DNA from: a virus
Lineage: Duplodnaviria > Caudoviricetes
DNA length: 44,147 bases
Virus record (IMG/VR): IMGVR_UViG_3300020044_008469
Coordinates: 1 to 44,147 of that record
Direction: 5' to 3' (one strand)
The notes below the pieces were generated by a model that did not search any database, was not told the origin of the DNA, and saw only the letters and a program-made list of their open reading frames with translations. The translations under genes were made by a program, and so were the position numbers. This document shows, piece by piece, positions 1 through 8,799 of this stretch (position 1 is the first letter of the stretch; every line of letters begins with the position of its first letter).

Positions 1-14
1 CTCAGCGTAACCGA

Positions 15-416
15 CTAGTCATTGTAGTAGGTTCGCGTAACCACGCTAGCTACCGGGGTCGCCACGGCATCAGCTGGAGTAGCGCACGCGCACAGCTGGA
101 CATTCGCCAGAGCCCCACGGAACACGTTCTCTGTCACCTCACGGGCGGACACGTAGTCGCAGCTGTCATCCACATTCTCCACCAGCACAGCTGTTACAAT
201 GCCAGCAGGGCTATCGACCATGCTCGACTCGCACTCATACTCGGTCTCGTCAAATCCATAGGAGTCCGTGTGGCCAGTCTGGCGGCAGACGGCATGCTTC
301 TGGATGTCGATCAGGCAATCCTTGACCCAGTTCTTATGGCGATTTGTCAGGCGCGAGCTATCCCCATCAGGGAGCACGCGACCGGTCACGTCGTTGTAGA
401 ACTCTAGGAAAGTCAT
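15..416 (-). CDS. Hypothetical protein, possibly virion/head-tail component
   Basis: 133-aa ORF starting 2 nt after the upstream stop in the late minus-strand block; function inferred from position only. Confidence 0.5.
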   Translation of the reverse strand: MTFLEFYNDVTGRVLPDGDSSRLTNRHKNWVKDCLIDIQKHAVCRQTGHTDSYGFDETEYECESSMVDSPAGIVTAVLVENVDDSCDYVSAREVTENVFRGALANVQLCACATPADAVATPVASVVTRTYYND

Positions 417-418
417 GG

Positions 419-1000
419 CTAAGCCTCAACAGTAGCGCCAGAGAAAGCAAGCGGAGGATTTACGGTGGCCGATTTCGACTCCGTCTTAGGGGCCGACTTC
501 TTGCGAGCCTTGGGAGTCCTAGCCTCAAGCGCGGAGGGTGTAAGCTCCGGAATCTTTGCCGGAACCATCTCAGCTGGTACGGAAGGATCCGGGAACTTCG
601 GGGCGGGTCTGGCGCTATCGCCTCCCACAGCACCGTCGCTTTTGATGTCCGACCGCAGGGGTTGGTTGAGCAGCGATTTGGGCCTCAATAAAGCGCGACG
701 CTGCTCCTGCACGCTCGCTACTTTTTTTGCGTCTTCAAATTCCTCCTTGCCTACCTCACGGATTCCTCCGCGACGGGACCTGATGAGGTTTCTGATGGCG
801 ACGATCTTGGTCGGATCGTCAATGGCCAAGAACCCCGTATCGTCACCGAGATCCTCGAATGGGACACGGGCAATCAGGAATGTCCCATCCGGCATCGGAA
901 GGCGCACGTTGACCGGGTTGCTGGCGATTTCCTTGACAAAATACTTGGTCTTCCCGGGCGGGAACGTATCGGGGCTTGGATCTGCTTCTGGTTCACTCAT
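419..1000 (-). CDS. Hypothetical protein with P/K/A-rich disordered C-terminus
   Basis: 193-aa ORF; ATGA overlap with upstream gene. Confidence 0.7.
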   Translation of the reverse strand: MSEPEADPSPDTFPPGKTKYFVKEIASNPVNVRLPMPDGTFLIARVPFEDLGDDTGFLAIDDPTKIVAIRNLIRSRRGGIREVGKEEFEDAKKVASVQEQRRALLRPKSLLNQPLRSDIKSDGAVGGDSARPAPKFPDPSVPAEMVPAKIPELTPSALEARTPKARKKSAPKTESKSATVNPPLAFSGATVEA

Positions 1001-1488
1001 GAGTTAGGTAGGTGGACTTGTTGATGGAGGTGGACTGGCGCGTCCTCGTAGGTGTCAAGGGTTGGCGTGTCGGAAGGTGTGGCTGAAGGCCTCATGTCTG
1101 GCTTGGATAAGGTCTCACCGGCTCGGATCATGTGTCCCAGGTGCTGGGCTTGGACGTCAGCAATCTTCGCGAAGACCTCCGGTTCAATGCCTTCATCAAG
1201 CCTCTCAGCGCACCGCATGGAGGTTTTGTGAGCAGAGGCAGCAGCCACCATTATGACCGCTCGACCGACATCGATGGCGTTCTGGCCAGTAATGTCAATG
1301 CCGAGAGCCTTCAACTCCTCAACGTCAATCCCTTGGACAACCAGCATGCCGAGCTTTGGAGCTGCCCGCTTAGCCTCCTTGAGTGTCATGTTAGACACTC
1401 TCTTGGGCTCCGGTTGGTCGATCACCTCTACGGCATCCGCTGGCTCGACGACAGCCGGGAAGGAATCACGCTGTCGGCGTCGCGACAT
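997..1488 (-). CDS. Hypothetical protein
   Basis: 163-aa ORF tightly packed in the operon; start uncertain. Confidence 0.65.
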   Translation of the reverse strand: MSRRRQRDSFPAVVEPADAVEVIDQPEPKRVSNMTLKEAKRAAPKLGMLVVQGIDVEELKALGIDITGQNAIDVGRAVIMVAAASAHKTSMRCAERLDEGIEPEVFAKIADVQAQHLGHMIRAGETLSKPDMRPSATPSDTPTLDTYEDAPVHLHQQVHLPNS

Positions 1489-1744
1489 CCAAAGCCTTTC
1501 GAGCCTCGTTCAGGTAGTCGTCAGCGGTCTTGGTGAGGGCGGGGTCAGTGAGACGGGCACGCCATTCCTCGACGGTGACGTCATCTGGCTTGGCCTTGAT
1601 CACGGCATCATACAGGTCGAACACTCCCTTGAGAACCACAGGGGCCAGCTGGATGGCGGTTCCAGAACCGGGAAGGAAGATGTTGGCGATACCGAGCGCC
1701 AAGCTGGCACCGGTCTTGAGTTGGGTTTCGGTAGCAGAGTTCAT
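1466..1744 (-). CDS. Hypothetical membrane-associated protein in lysis-like cluster
   Basis: Hydrophobic stretch ASLALGIANIFLPGSGTAIQLAPVVL; ATGA coupling to upstream lipoprotein gene. Confidence 0.65.
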   Translation of the reverse strand: MNSATETQLKTGASLALGIANIFLPGSGTAIQLAPVVLKGVFDLYDAVIKAKPDDVTVEEWRARLTDPALTKTADDYLNEARKALDVATPTA

Positions 1745-2142
1745 CGGGCGAGGGAGAGGAGTGAAGCAGCAGCGGCGTCAACGGAAGAGTTAGAGGGAAT
1801 CTTGGCAGGATCAGGAGCGCCACCGGTAACGAGGATCCATGATTCAATGGCTGCCCGGGCAACCGCCTGATACTTGTCGAGCCCATCCGACACCTTCCCG
1901 TGCTTGAGCAGAAGGGCGTTCTGGCGTTCCAGATAGCCACCCGGATCTTCCGTTCGAGTAGCGTTGTTGGCGGCTTCATCCTTGGCGTGCTTCTGGTAGA
2001 AAGCCTTCAGGGCGGTGTCCACGGCAATGTTCGAGGCAGCGATAGTGCGCTCAGCAACACGCTCAGTAGACTGGTTTGAGCACCCAACAGGAAGGAGTGC
2101 GACAGCGATGGTGAGGAATGCGAGGAATAGACGGGTGATCAT
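1741..2142 (-). CDS. Lipoprotein (possible spanin-like lysis accessory)
   Basis: N-terminal signal with lipobox-like LPVG-C, then helical domain; next to holin-like gene. Confidence 0.65.
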   Translation of the reverse strand: MITRLFLAFLTIAVALLPVGCSNQSTERVAERTIAASNIAVDTALKAFYQKHAKDEAANNATRTEDPGGYLERQNALLLKHGKVSDGLDKYQAVARAAIESWILVTGGAPDPAKIPSNSSVDAAAASLLSLAR

Positions 2143-2200
2143 CAGCAGAAGTGTTCGATTTCCTAGAACGATTGAACGGTGTGACCGGTCATCCGAAACG

Positions 2201-2494
2201 TCAAGGAGTTTGTGACTTATCGTCCGCCTGCTTGATTACCTCGCGAGCCTGCACGAAATTCTGGTGGGCTCCGACAGCCGTTAGGCCGGCGGCAGCACCG
2301 ACGAAGAAAGCGCCCCCAGTGAACAGCTCAGCCGCCAGCGGATACGCGCCCACTCCCAGCAGAAACAGGATTGACGGGATGTAGGTGTTGGAAATAGCGG
2401 GCACTGTTTTCAACAGTTTCCCGACACCGACCAAGATGGCCACCACAGCCGCAAACTTGGATAGGTCCACATTGAATGCAGATAGGTCGAACAT
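2201..2494 (-). CDS. Holin-like membrane protein
   Basis: 97 aa, three hydrophobic segments, charged C-terminus, GAAAGLTAVGAHQ resembles small phage holins. Confidence 0.7.
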   Translation of the reverse strand: MFDLSAFNVDLSKFAAVVAILVGVGKLLKTVPAISNTYIPSILFLLGVGAYPLAAELFTGGAFFVGAAAGLTAVGAHQNFVQAREVIKQADDKSQTP

Positions 2495-2521
2495 GGATGG
2501 ATGGAAACAGGGACCGCCCGA

Positions 2522-2809
2522 TTACGCAACAACCTCTTGGCCCTTGGTTGAGCATGATTCAGGCCCGCCGTCAATAGGGACACGACCCCACCTGAAAAGC
2601 ACTCTGGCACCGGGAGCAATCAGATCACGGATCCTTCCGAGCCTGGATCGCACCTGTGCTGAGACCTGCACTGGGACCGCCGGGATCTCGTCATCATTTA
2701 CGTCAGGACCCCAGCATACCTGGGCAGCTGATCCTCGCGGTAAAAACTGCGTGATCTCGGCCAGTACCTGACGAACTTGAATCCCTACTAAGTCACTTGA
2801 GTTTTTCAT
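2522..2809 (-). CDS. Hypothetical protein
   Basis: 95-aa ORF with ATGA coupling. Confidence 0.5.
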   Translation of the reverse strand: MKNSSDLVGIQVRQVLAEITQFLPRGSAAQVCWGPDVNDDEIPAVPVQVSAQVRSRLGRIRDLIAPGARVLFRWGRVPIDGGPESCSTKGQEVVA

Positions 2810-3288
2810 GGTCGCGTTGCCCTAGAACCATCGTGGTTCTCGATGACTTCTTTTCTGTTGTCCCGAAGGTAGTTTGCAATCGTCTCCAACCGGCCCTGTG
2901 TGCTGCGGGCGATCTCCTCGATAGCTGACACCTTTGGCCTTAGTTCCGAGAATTGCTCTAGGATGTGACGCTGACCTTCCTGAGCGTTTTCCAAGAGTCT
3001 TTCAATGCGCTCACGATTTGACTTCTCAAATTCAGCACTCTTAACCAACCCAGACACCGCTGCGTCTTGGATGGCATTTTTTCGCTCAACCTCAATCAGG
3101 CGGCTGTTGAAGTGAACACCGATCCCAATCAGAACTGTGGTTAGGATGCTGAACGACCACCCTGCAAACCTCTTCAGGTCGGAGACGGCCAAGACAACAT
3201 CGTGAGGGGTTTGGGTCTGGTCGGGTTTAGACATCTTGGATACATCTGGATACCACAGTGCTGACGGTTGCGCGGTTATGGTGGTCAT
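2806..3288 (-). CDS. Single-TM coiled-coil membrane protein
   Basis: TM segment FAGWSFSILTTVLIGIGVHF followed by heptad-rich helix. Confidence 0.7.
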   Translation of the reverse strand: MTTITAQPSALWYPDVSKMSKPDQTQTPHDVVLAVSDLKRFAGWSFSILTTVLIGIGVHFNSRLIEVERKNAIQDAAVSGLVKSAEFEKSNRERIERLLENAQEGQRHILEQFSELRPKVSAIEEIARSTQGRLETIANYLRDNRKEVIENHDGSRATRP

Positions 3289-3528
3289 GCGGTTACCTAT
3301 TTATCCAGCGATTTTTGTTGCTAGATCATGCTATTAATACCTATCCAATGCGCGTGATGCACTAATGGCAAGCGGGCACGGGTCCTGAAATTATTAAGGC
3401 TAAGATTTGGAATGGCAGCACTTTCTGAATTCACGGGTGGCATGTAAAATTTCTTAACATTAATACGTGGCAAGTAATCCAAAAACCGAAATTCTACTTT
3501 TTGTTGCAGTAGTGCATTTGATTGGTGC

Positions 3529-6500
3529 TCATGGGATGGTTAGATTGTGAGTCATAAACGTATGCGCTTGCCCAACTTCGTAAATGTTTGTGGCGTTGTT
3601 GCGGTATGTCTCGTCTGGGTGATATTGCCCTATGATAACCTCGGGATTGCTTGTTCTGTTTGTTGCAAGAATCCAATGCCCGATTCCAGTGGTATGCGAC
3701 AAGTCCCTGCTTCCAAACATGCTGACTTCCATGTGCCCAGGTGTTCCATCCGCAGCACCGTTTGACGTCGTGTTTTTGTACATGTAGACGTCGATTTCAC
3801 CTAACCTTCCCGAGTTGATAATGTCGGCGTTTCGGATTGTAAGAGCTCCGCCGTTGTTTTGCACAATCACCTGACCGTTTACTCGCGAGTGAATGTATTC
3901 GTGGTGATGCCCGTTGATGGTCAGTTTTCCGCGCTGGTTATGAACGCAGATTGGAGTGTTGACGTCGTCCGATCCAATCGTAGCTTCAGTATCAAGTCCA
4001 GTGATGTCGAACTGTGCAATGTTATAAAACTGCGGTTTGGTTGATTTTCTTCTACAAACCAAGGTAATTTTACCGGACGTTCCAGTGACTGTTGTGGCAA
4101 TCTCCGACGGCAGCATGTCAAACTTGATTTCCCCGTTGGTCGCGTAAGTAGTTATAAATTGCCGCTTATTTAGCGATGTGCCACTGACCATCTCAATCCA
4201 TGATCCTACTTGGATGTTTCCTGGAAGTGTCGCCATCCGCAATGTCACCTGCGTGTTGGTATTTGATTTGATTAGATTGGTGAAGGATTGATTTCCACTT
4301 GGAAGTCCATCTCCAAAATCGTCACCGTAGTTCTGAAGATACCAGCCGCCGCCCCAGTTTTCCGTGCCGCTCTTGTCCCAGTAGATCGCTGAGATGGCCG
4401 CAGTCTCAACGAGGATGTTGTAGAGCCAGTTGTTGGGCGCGGTCTCATCTCCGGTTTGGACGTGAATCCCGTAAGCTCCTCGATGCATTGATACGCCACT
4501 GATAACCGCTTGGTAAAGCCTCTGCGAGCCCGGATTGAAAATGCACGCCGAATTTGTGTGAGCAGGGATTGCAAACGCTGAGTACACCAAGGTCAGATTT
4601 TGAATCAAATTATGGTATCCTCCAATCTCAATAATAGGCGTGTTTGTAGTGACCATCATAATGTTGGACGTGGACACGCTGCGCTCGCTTGGAACCTGAG
4701 TCACGCCGTGGTTGTCGCCAACGATTGCAAGGCGAGGCGGTTCGTGGATTGTAACGACTGCGTTGTCGTTTACTGACGCACGCAATCCAGGGTAGGCAAT
4801 CTGAAGCGTTCCAGTTCCAGAGTTGTACGCGATCACCCGGTATTCTTCGGACGACACCTCAAGAAGCGTGCCAAATGAAACAGCATCTCCAGCCACAAAC
4901 GTACCGGACCCAGTGTCAATTAGGATGTTTGTAACCCCGATTGCGTAAGCTCCATTGACTTGGTAATCGGACCCAGTCCCCTTGGTCTTCTTCCTGATCG
5001 TGCTGGAAATAGGGTAGTCGCCGATAGGGACGTACATAATCCCACCCTTGGTGCGGTCCTGTTGCCAGAACAGTGCATCTTGGAAGGCGTTGTTGTTAGT
5101 TGCGGTAGGCCCCTTTGTGATAGCTCCGAACATCGTCACGTCGATCTTGTTGTTCGGGAAGATTGGAAGCATTCGCCCGCTTCTACCAGATGCCACTACA
5201 CCTCCGCTTACAGGATACTCGCTGTTAGGGTCCCAGTACCAGTAGCCATCCCCTTGTCCTGGTCTTCCAGTGTAGTACGACTTCACGAAGTACAGCTTGG
5301 CGTGGCTGGTCCCAGAAACAGCAGTGACCAAATCAGCCATGGAGTCTACGACAGAAACTCCAGCCAAGTAGCTCTGGAGTACGTTCGTGTCGACCTTGAT
5401 CGACCCGGAGGAGATGTCTATTCCAAGCCCTTGCAGAATTACGCTGGCATCTCCAGAGACGCCTCCGGAGTCTCTTCCAAACACGCTGCCAGACGAGGCG
5501 GAAGGCATTTTCTGGAAAGTAATAGCGCGACCATCAACAGCCCATGCAGTCCCGGTCGAGCTGACCGTAATGTCGCCCTTATCGCCATCCGTAAGAGGGG
5601 CTGTGACACTCAGGGCGGTGCCGCTCAGGGTAAGACTGGAACTCAAAGTGAGTTCTTGCGCGTCTCCAGAACCACCGGATGAGCCTCTTCCGATAACCCG
5701 GCTAGCTGTTACATCTTGAATCTTGGAGTAGGTCACTGCGTCAGGATCAATCGTCCACGCAGTACCGCTGCTGGCCACAGACACGTCACCCTTATCGCCA
5801 TCCGACAGCGGGACGGAAACATTCAGGGCCGTGCCAGCAATAGCTAGACTCGATCCAAGCGTAAGCTCCTGCACATCCCCGGACCCAGAGGATCCTCTAC
5901 CGAGCAAACGGCTGGCAGCCGAGACGTCCTGGATGTTTGAGTACGCAACAGCAGCGTCGTCGATTTCTAGCGTGAAGTTTCCGCCTCCAGGCACACCAAC
6001 AGTAACGTCTCCCTTATCTCCTGCTGACACAGGGGTCTCAACGCTTAAAGTGGTCGCGGTGAACGTAAGCCCGGATCCTCCACTGATTTCCTCAACGTCC
6101 CCAGACCCAGAGGTCCCTCGTCCGAGCAGCTTGCTGGCACCGCTGACATCCTGAATCTTGGCGTACGTGATCGCAGATGGGTCAATCGTCCATGTAGCAC
6201 CAGACGCAGACACCGTGATGTCACCCTTGTCACCGTCAGAGATTGATCCACCGCCGGACCCGATACCTCCAGAGCCAATAGACAGCAGCCATCTACCAGT
6301 ACCGGTCAGCGATGATCCAATGACATTGGTTTGATCAACTACAGCAGCCGACCCAGCCGTCCAGGTGTAGACGCCACCGTCCCCATCGCCAACAGTGGCG
6401 CGACCTAGAGTGGCCACAACACCACCAGTAATCGAGGAAGGAGGGAAGTTGGACAGCGTGATTAGCGTGTCCGTGGTCTTGACGTCACCTCGTCCTTGAG

Positions 6501-6555
6501 CGAGGCCGGTGACAGCGAGTAACAGAAACAGTGAAGCGGTAACGAAATTTTTCAT
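3529..6555 (-). CDS. Tailspike / depolymerase-like protein with beta-helix domain and N-terminal signal-peptide-like sequence
   Basis: IDVTMFGA...AFQDAL...GGIMYVPIGDYPIS is the typical start of pectate-lyase-3-like beta-helices; GDGxGGxYxW modules; internal repeats. Confidence 0.8.
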   Translation of the reverse strand: MKNFVTASLFLLLAVTGLAQGRGDVKTTDTLITLSNFPPSSITGGVVATLGRATVGDGDGGVYTWTAGSAAVVDQTNVIGSSLTGTGRWLLSIGSGGIGSGGGSISDGDKGDITVSASGATWTIDPSAITYAKIQDVSGASKLLGRGTSGSGDVEEISGGSGLTFTATTLSVETPVSAGDKGDVTVGVPGGGNFTLEIDDAAVAYSNIQDVSAASRLLGRGSSGSGDVQELTLGSSLAIAGTALNVSVPLSDGDKGDVSVASSGTAWTIDPDAVTYSKIQDVTASRVIGRGSSGGSGDAQELTLSSSLTLSGTALSVTAPLTDGDKGDITVSSTGTAWAVDGRAITFQKMPSASSGSVFGRDSGGVSGDASVILQGLGIDISSGSIKVDTNVLQSYLAGVSVVDSMADLVTAVSGTSHAKLYFVKSYYTGRPGQGDGYWYWDPNSEYPVSGGVVASGRSGRMLPIFPNNKIDVTMFGAITKGPTATNNNAFQDALFWQQDRTKGGIMYVPIGDYPISSTIRKKTKGTGSDYQVNGAYAIGVTNILIDTGSGTFVAGDAVSFGTLLEVSSEEYRVIAYNSGTGTLQIAYPGLRASVNDNAVVTIHEPPRLAIVGDNHGVTQVPSERSVSTSNIMMVTTNTPIIEIGGYHNLIQNLTLVYSAFAIPAHTNSACIFNPGSQRLYQAVISGVSMHRGAYGIHVQTGDETAPNNWLYNILVETAAISAIYWDKSGTENWGGGWYLQNYGDDFGDGLPSGNQSFTNLIKSNTNTQVTLRMATLPGNIQVGSWIEMVSGTSLNKRQFITTYATNGEIKFDMLPSEIATTVTGTSGKITLVCRRKSTKPQFYNIAQFDITGLDTEATIGSDDVNTPICVHNQRGKLTINGHHHEYIHSRVNGQVIVQNNGGALTIRNADIINSGRLGEIDVYMYKNTTSNGAADGTPGHMEVSMFGSRDLSHTTGIGHWILATNRTSNPEVIIGQYHPDETYRNNATNIYEVGQAHTFMTHNLTIP
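5386..6243 (-). repeat. Four tandem ~71-aa repeats in the tailspike
   Basis: Units start ISDGDKGDITVS, VSAGDKGDVTVG, LSDGDKGDVSVA, LTDGDKGDITVS; each contains ITY/FxKIQ-like and GRG...SGD motifs. Confidence 0.9.
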
Positions 6556-6873
6556 TTACAGGGCGGTTCTAACAAAAGTTCCAGTGGTGGGTCGGGTAAT
6601 GGAAGTGGGGATGATGTAGTCGATGCCATCGTCTACATTGCTGTCGTCAGGGTCGTAGGCGAATCTCCCGCCAGCACCGTCACCTGGGTAGTTCAGGTAC
6701 AGGAGGTCATAGAGTTCATTCTCGTAGGTGGGAGTAAGCAATCGGAGGGCACCAGCCCCATTAACGCCAACGGGTCTCGACGAAACGGATGTGGATCCGC
6801 CTGATGTCGAGCATGGGCTATGGAACCAGTTCCGAAGCGTCCAGCTGTCTTGGAGGCCAAATGGAGAACTCAT
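6556..6873 (-). CDS. Small virion protein carrying a tailspike N-terminal-type module
   Basis: YPGDGAGGRFAYDPDDSNVDDGIDYIIP...GTFVR resembles the GDGGGGxFxWD...DDG...GRW module of tailspikes. Confidence 0.65.
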   Translation of the reverse strand: MSSPFGLQDSWTLRNWFHSPCSTSGGSTSVSSRPVGVNGAGALRLLTPTYENELYDLLYLNYPGDGAGGRFAYDPDDSNVDDGIDYIIPTSITRPTTGTFVRTAL

Positions 6874-6876
6874 AAA

Positions 6877-6963
6877 TTAGGTGAGTGCGTATTGAGCCGT
6901 CTTGCCGATGTACACAATCGAGTCGGAGCAAGGGTCAACTAAGCTGTAAATGGTTGCTGTCAT
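6877..6963 (-). pseudogene. Truncated GIY-YIG endonuclease remnant (28 aa)
   Basis: Manual translation MTATIYSLVDPCSDSIVYIGKTAQYALT* contains the IY...YIGKT N-terminal GIY-YIG signature, then stops. Confidence 0.6.
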
Positions 6964-6988
6964 CTTCTGGATAAGGATTCGTTTTACG

Positions 6989-7024
6989 AAAAAAGGACCC
7001 AACCCAATCTCGGGCTGGGTCCTT
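6989..7024 (-). terminator. Rho-independent terminator after major capsid gene
   Basis: Minus strand AAGGACCCAGCCC-loop-GGGTTGGGTCCTT followed by a T-run. Confidence 0.85.
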
Positions 7025-7053
7025 GTAAGTGCTTGATTATCAAGCTATTAGCT

Positions 7054-8772
7054 CTAGGCGTCGTTCGAAGTCCAGTTGCCCGCGCCATCAATCGCCCCCA
7101 CGGTCTGCTCATGTTCCGGAACAGCGAAGCTGAAGTTCTCCAGCCACAGGCTCGCAGCCGGGCAATCCACGATTGCGGTCACCTTGGCGCTATAGAGCTT
7201 CACGGACTTCTGCGGGATATCGATGGTGCAGAACGCATCCTCATTGATCTTCGCCCACTCTTCAGCGGACGCGGACCGGCGGGTAACCATCTTGCTCTCC
7301 AGCACGCCCAGATGAATGGTGCTCCAGTCGAGCAGCAGCATCCAGCGACCGGCAGCCACCAGAGACTCGCTGACCTGACGGTGAGCGGTGATGAGGTCAT
7401 CGAACGAGCGATGCGACACGATGCGGAGCGTGAGCCCAGCCGGGTAGTCGAGATCGAAGTCGGTGAAGGTGAATCCCAGAGCGGTAGTCTTGCTGGTCGG
7501 GATCGGCATGTTGGCCCGGATAGCACCCTCGTAGCGACCAGTCAGGTAGCGCCAGAGAGCTTGGATGAACTGCGGGCGGTAGGCGCTGTCCACGACAGCC
7601 TCGATTACGCGAGCGTCTCCACCGTTGTCCTCGCGCTGACGCTGGAGGTCATAGAGGAACTGCTGGATCTCAGGGAAGTTCAGGGGAGCGCCCTGAAGAT
7701 CCTGGACTCGACCGCACGCATACAGCTGCTCGTACACGCCGACCATGTTCGCCCTGCGACCGACGCACCGGCTGGCGATGCTGTCGAAGTTGGGAGCATC
7801 AAACGAAGTGACGGTGGCAAGGTTCTTCCACAGGGTCTCAGTCTGGTTCGCGGAGATCGGCTTGCTGAACAGGAAGGCATTCGCGAGGCGCTTCTTGAAG
7901 TCCTGCGCGATCTGGCGATTGGCCTCGACTTGCTCGACGTTGATGAACTCGCGGTAAAGCGGGTTGTTCTCAACGATTCGGCGCTTGAACTCCAGGGTGA
8001 GGTCGTCCTCGCACATGGACCAGCGGGTGTCCTGAACCCACGCCATATACTGGGCGTTCGGGTTGAGGGCCGGGATCTGAGCGCAATACTTCTCGGAAGG
8101 AGCGACGTTGTTCAGGCCTCGGAAAATCAGGCCGGTAGCAGTGAACGTCAGCTTGCTCGCGGTCAGAGAGCTGGCAGCGTTGCGGCTGTTCAGGTAGACG
8201 CGAGTAGTGGTCGCATTGGTAGCAACAGCATCGACCACGACCCATGCGGTGCGGACAGCAGTGCCGGAAGTGGAGAGCGAGCTGATGAAGATTTCGATGC
8301 CATCCGGAAACCACTCAGCATCCGAAGGAATGGAGCTGATCGACACCGCGTCAACGTAGTGGGTGTAGGCGTCGCCATCAGGGGCAGTGCCGGGAGTGCT
8401 GGAGCCATTGGTGTACTTCCAGTAGTTGGAATTGATGACACCCTTACGGCGCACGGTGATGAACGGCTCGTACTCAAGGTAGGAGCTGTTAGCAGCCTTG
8501 CGCGGGGGCGGCATCTCGTACCGCTCAGCATTTGCGATCAGGAAGTCGGCGAAAGTGTTCTCGCGAATACCGCACATCTTGCCGACCATCTGGGTCTCAA
8601 GCAGCGCTCCGAGAACTCGGAACTTCGAGCCGCTATCACGGTAGATCGAATCGAGTTCGTCAGACGTGGTGGGAGAGACATTGCACTGGGTCAGGCCCTC
8701 GCAGGACGTGAAGTCCTCACGGATGAGCGGAGTGCATTTGGAAAAAATTGAGGTTGTAGTTTCGACTGGCAT
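7054..8772 (-). CDS. Probable major capsid protein
   Basis: 572 aa, strong codon bias, order portal-scaffold-this gene, followed by a strong terminator; no motif-level proof. Confidence 0.75.
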   Translation of the reverse strand: MPVETTTSIFSKCTPLIREDFTSCEGLTQCNVSPTTSDELDSIYRDSGSKFRVLGALLETQMVGKMCGIRENTFADFLIANAERYEMPPPRKAANSSYLEYEPFITVRRKGVINSNYWKYTNGSSTPGTAPDGDAYTHYVDAVSISSIPSDAEWFPDGIEIFISSLSTSGTAVRTAWVVVDAVATNATTTRVYLNSRNAASSLTASKLTFTATGLIFRGLNNVAPSEKYCAQIPALNPNAQYMAWVQDTRWSMCEDDLTLEFKRRIVENNPLYREFINVEQVEANRQIAQDFKKRLANAFLFSKPISANQTETLWKNLATVTSFDAPNFDSIASRCVGRRANMVGVYEQLYACGRVQDLQGAPLNFPEIQQFLYDLQRQREDNGGDARVIEAVVDSAYRPQFIQALWRYLTGRYEGAIRANMPIPTSKTTALGFTFTDFDLDYPAGLTLRIVSHRSFDDLITAHRQVSESLVAAGRWMLLLDWSTIHLGVLESKMVTRRSASAEEWAKINEDAFCTIDIPQKSVKLYSAKVTAIVDCPAASLWLENFSFAVPEHEQTVGAIDGAGNWTSNDA

Positions 8773-8795
8773 AATGGCGTCCTTTCGACGCCACC
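8773..8795 (-). promoter_or_regulatory. Hairpin covering the SD-like sequence of the capsid gene
   Basis: GGUGGCGUC-GAAAG-GACGCCAUU directly before AUG; AAAGGA spans loop and 3' arm. Confidence 0.5.
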
Positions 8796-8799
8796 AGTT

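Noticed and set aside
1-421. TAG stop-codon reassignment
   Set aside because: TAG at 419-421 sits 2 nt before the next ATG, and long genes are intact under the standard code
3366-3472. Sigma54 promoter from TGGCA motifs
   Set aside because: No GC at the required GG-N10-GC spacing
7033-8751. 572-aa plus-strand ORF antisense to the capsid gene, and similar antisense ORFs over portal, scaffold and DnaB
   Set aside because: Expected shadow of strong codon bias in GC-rich genes; no motifs or expression signals
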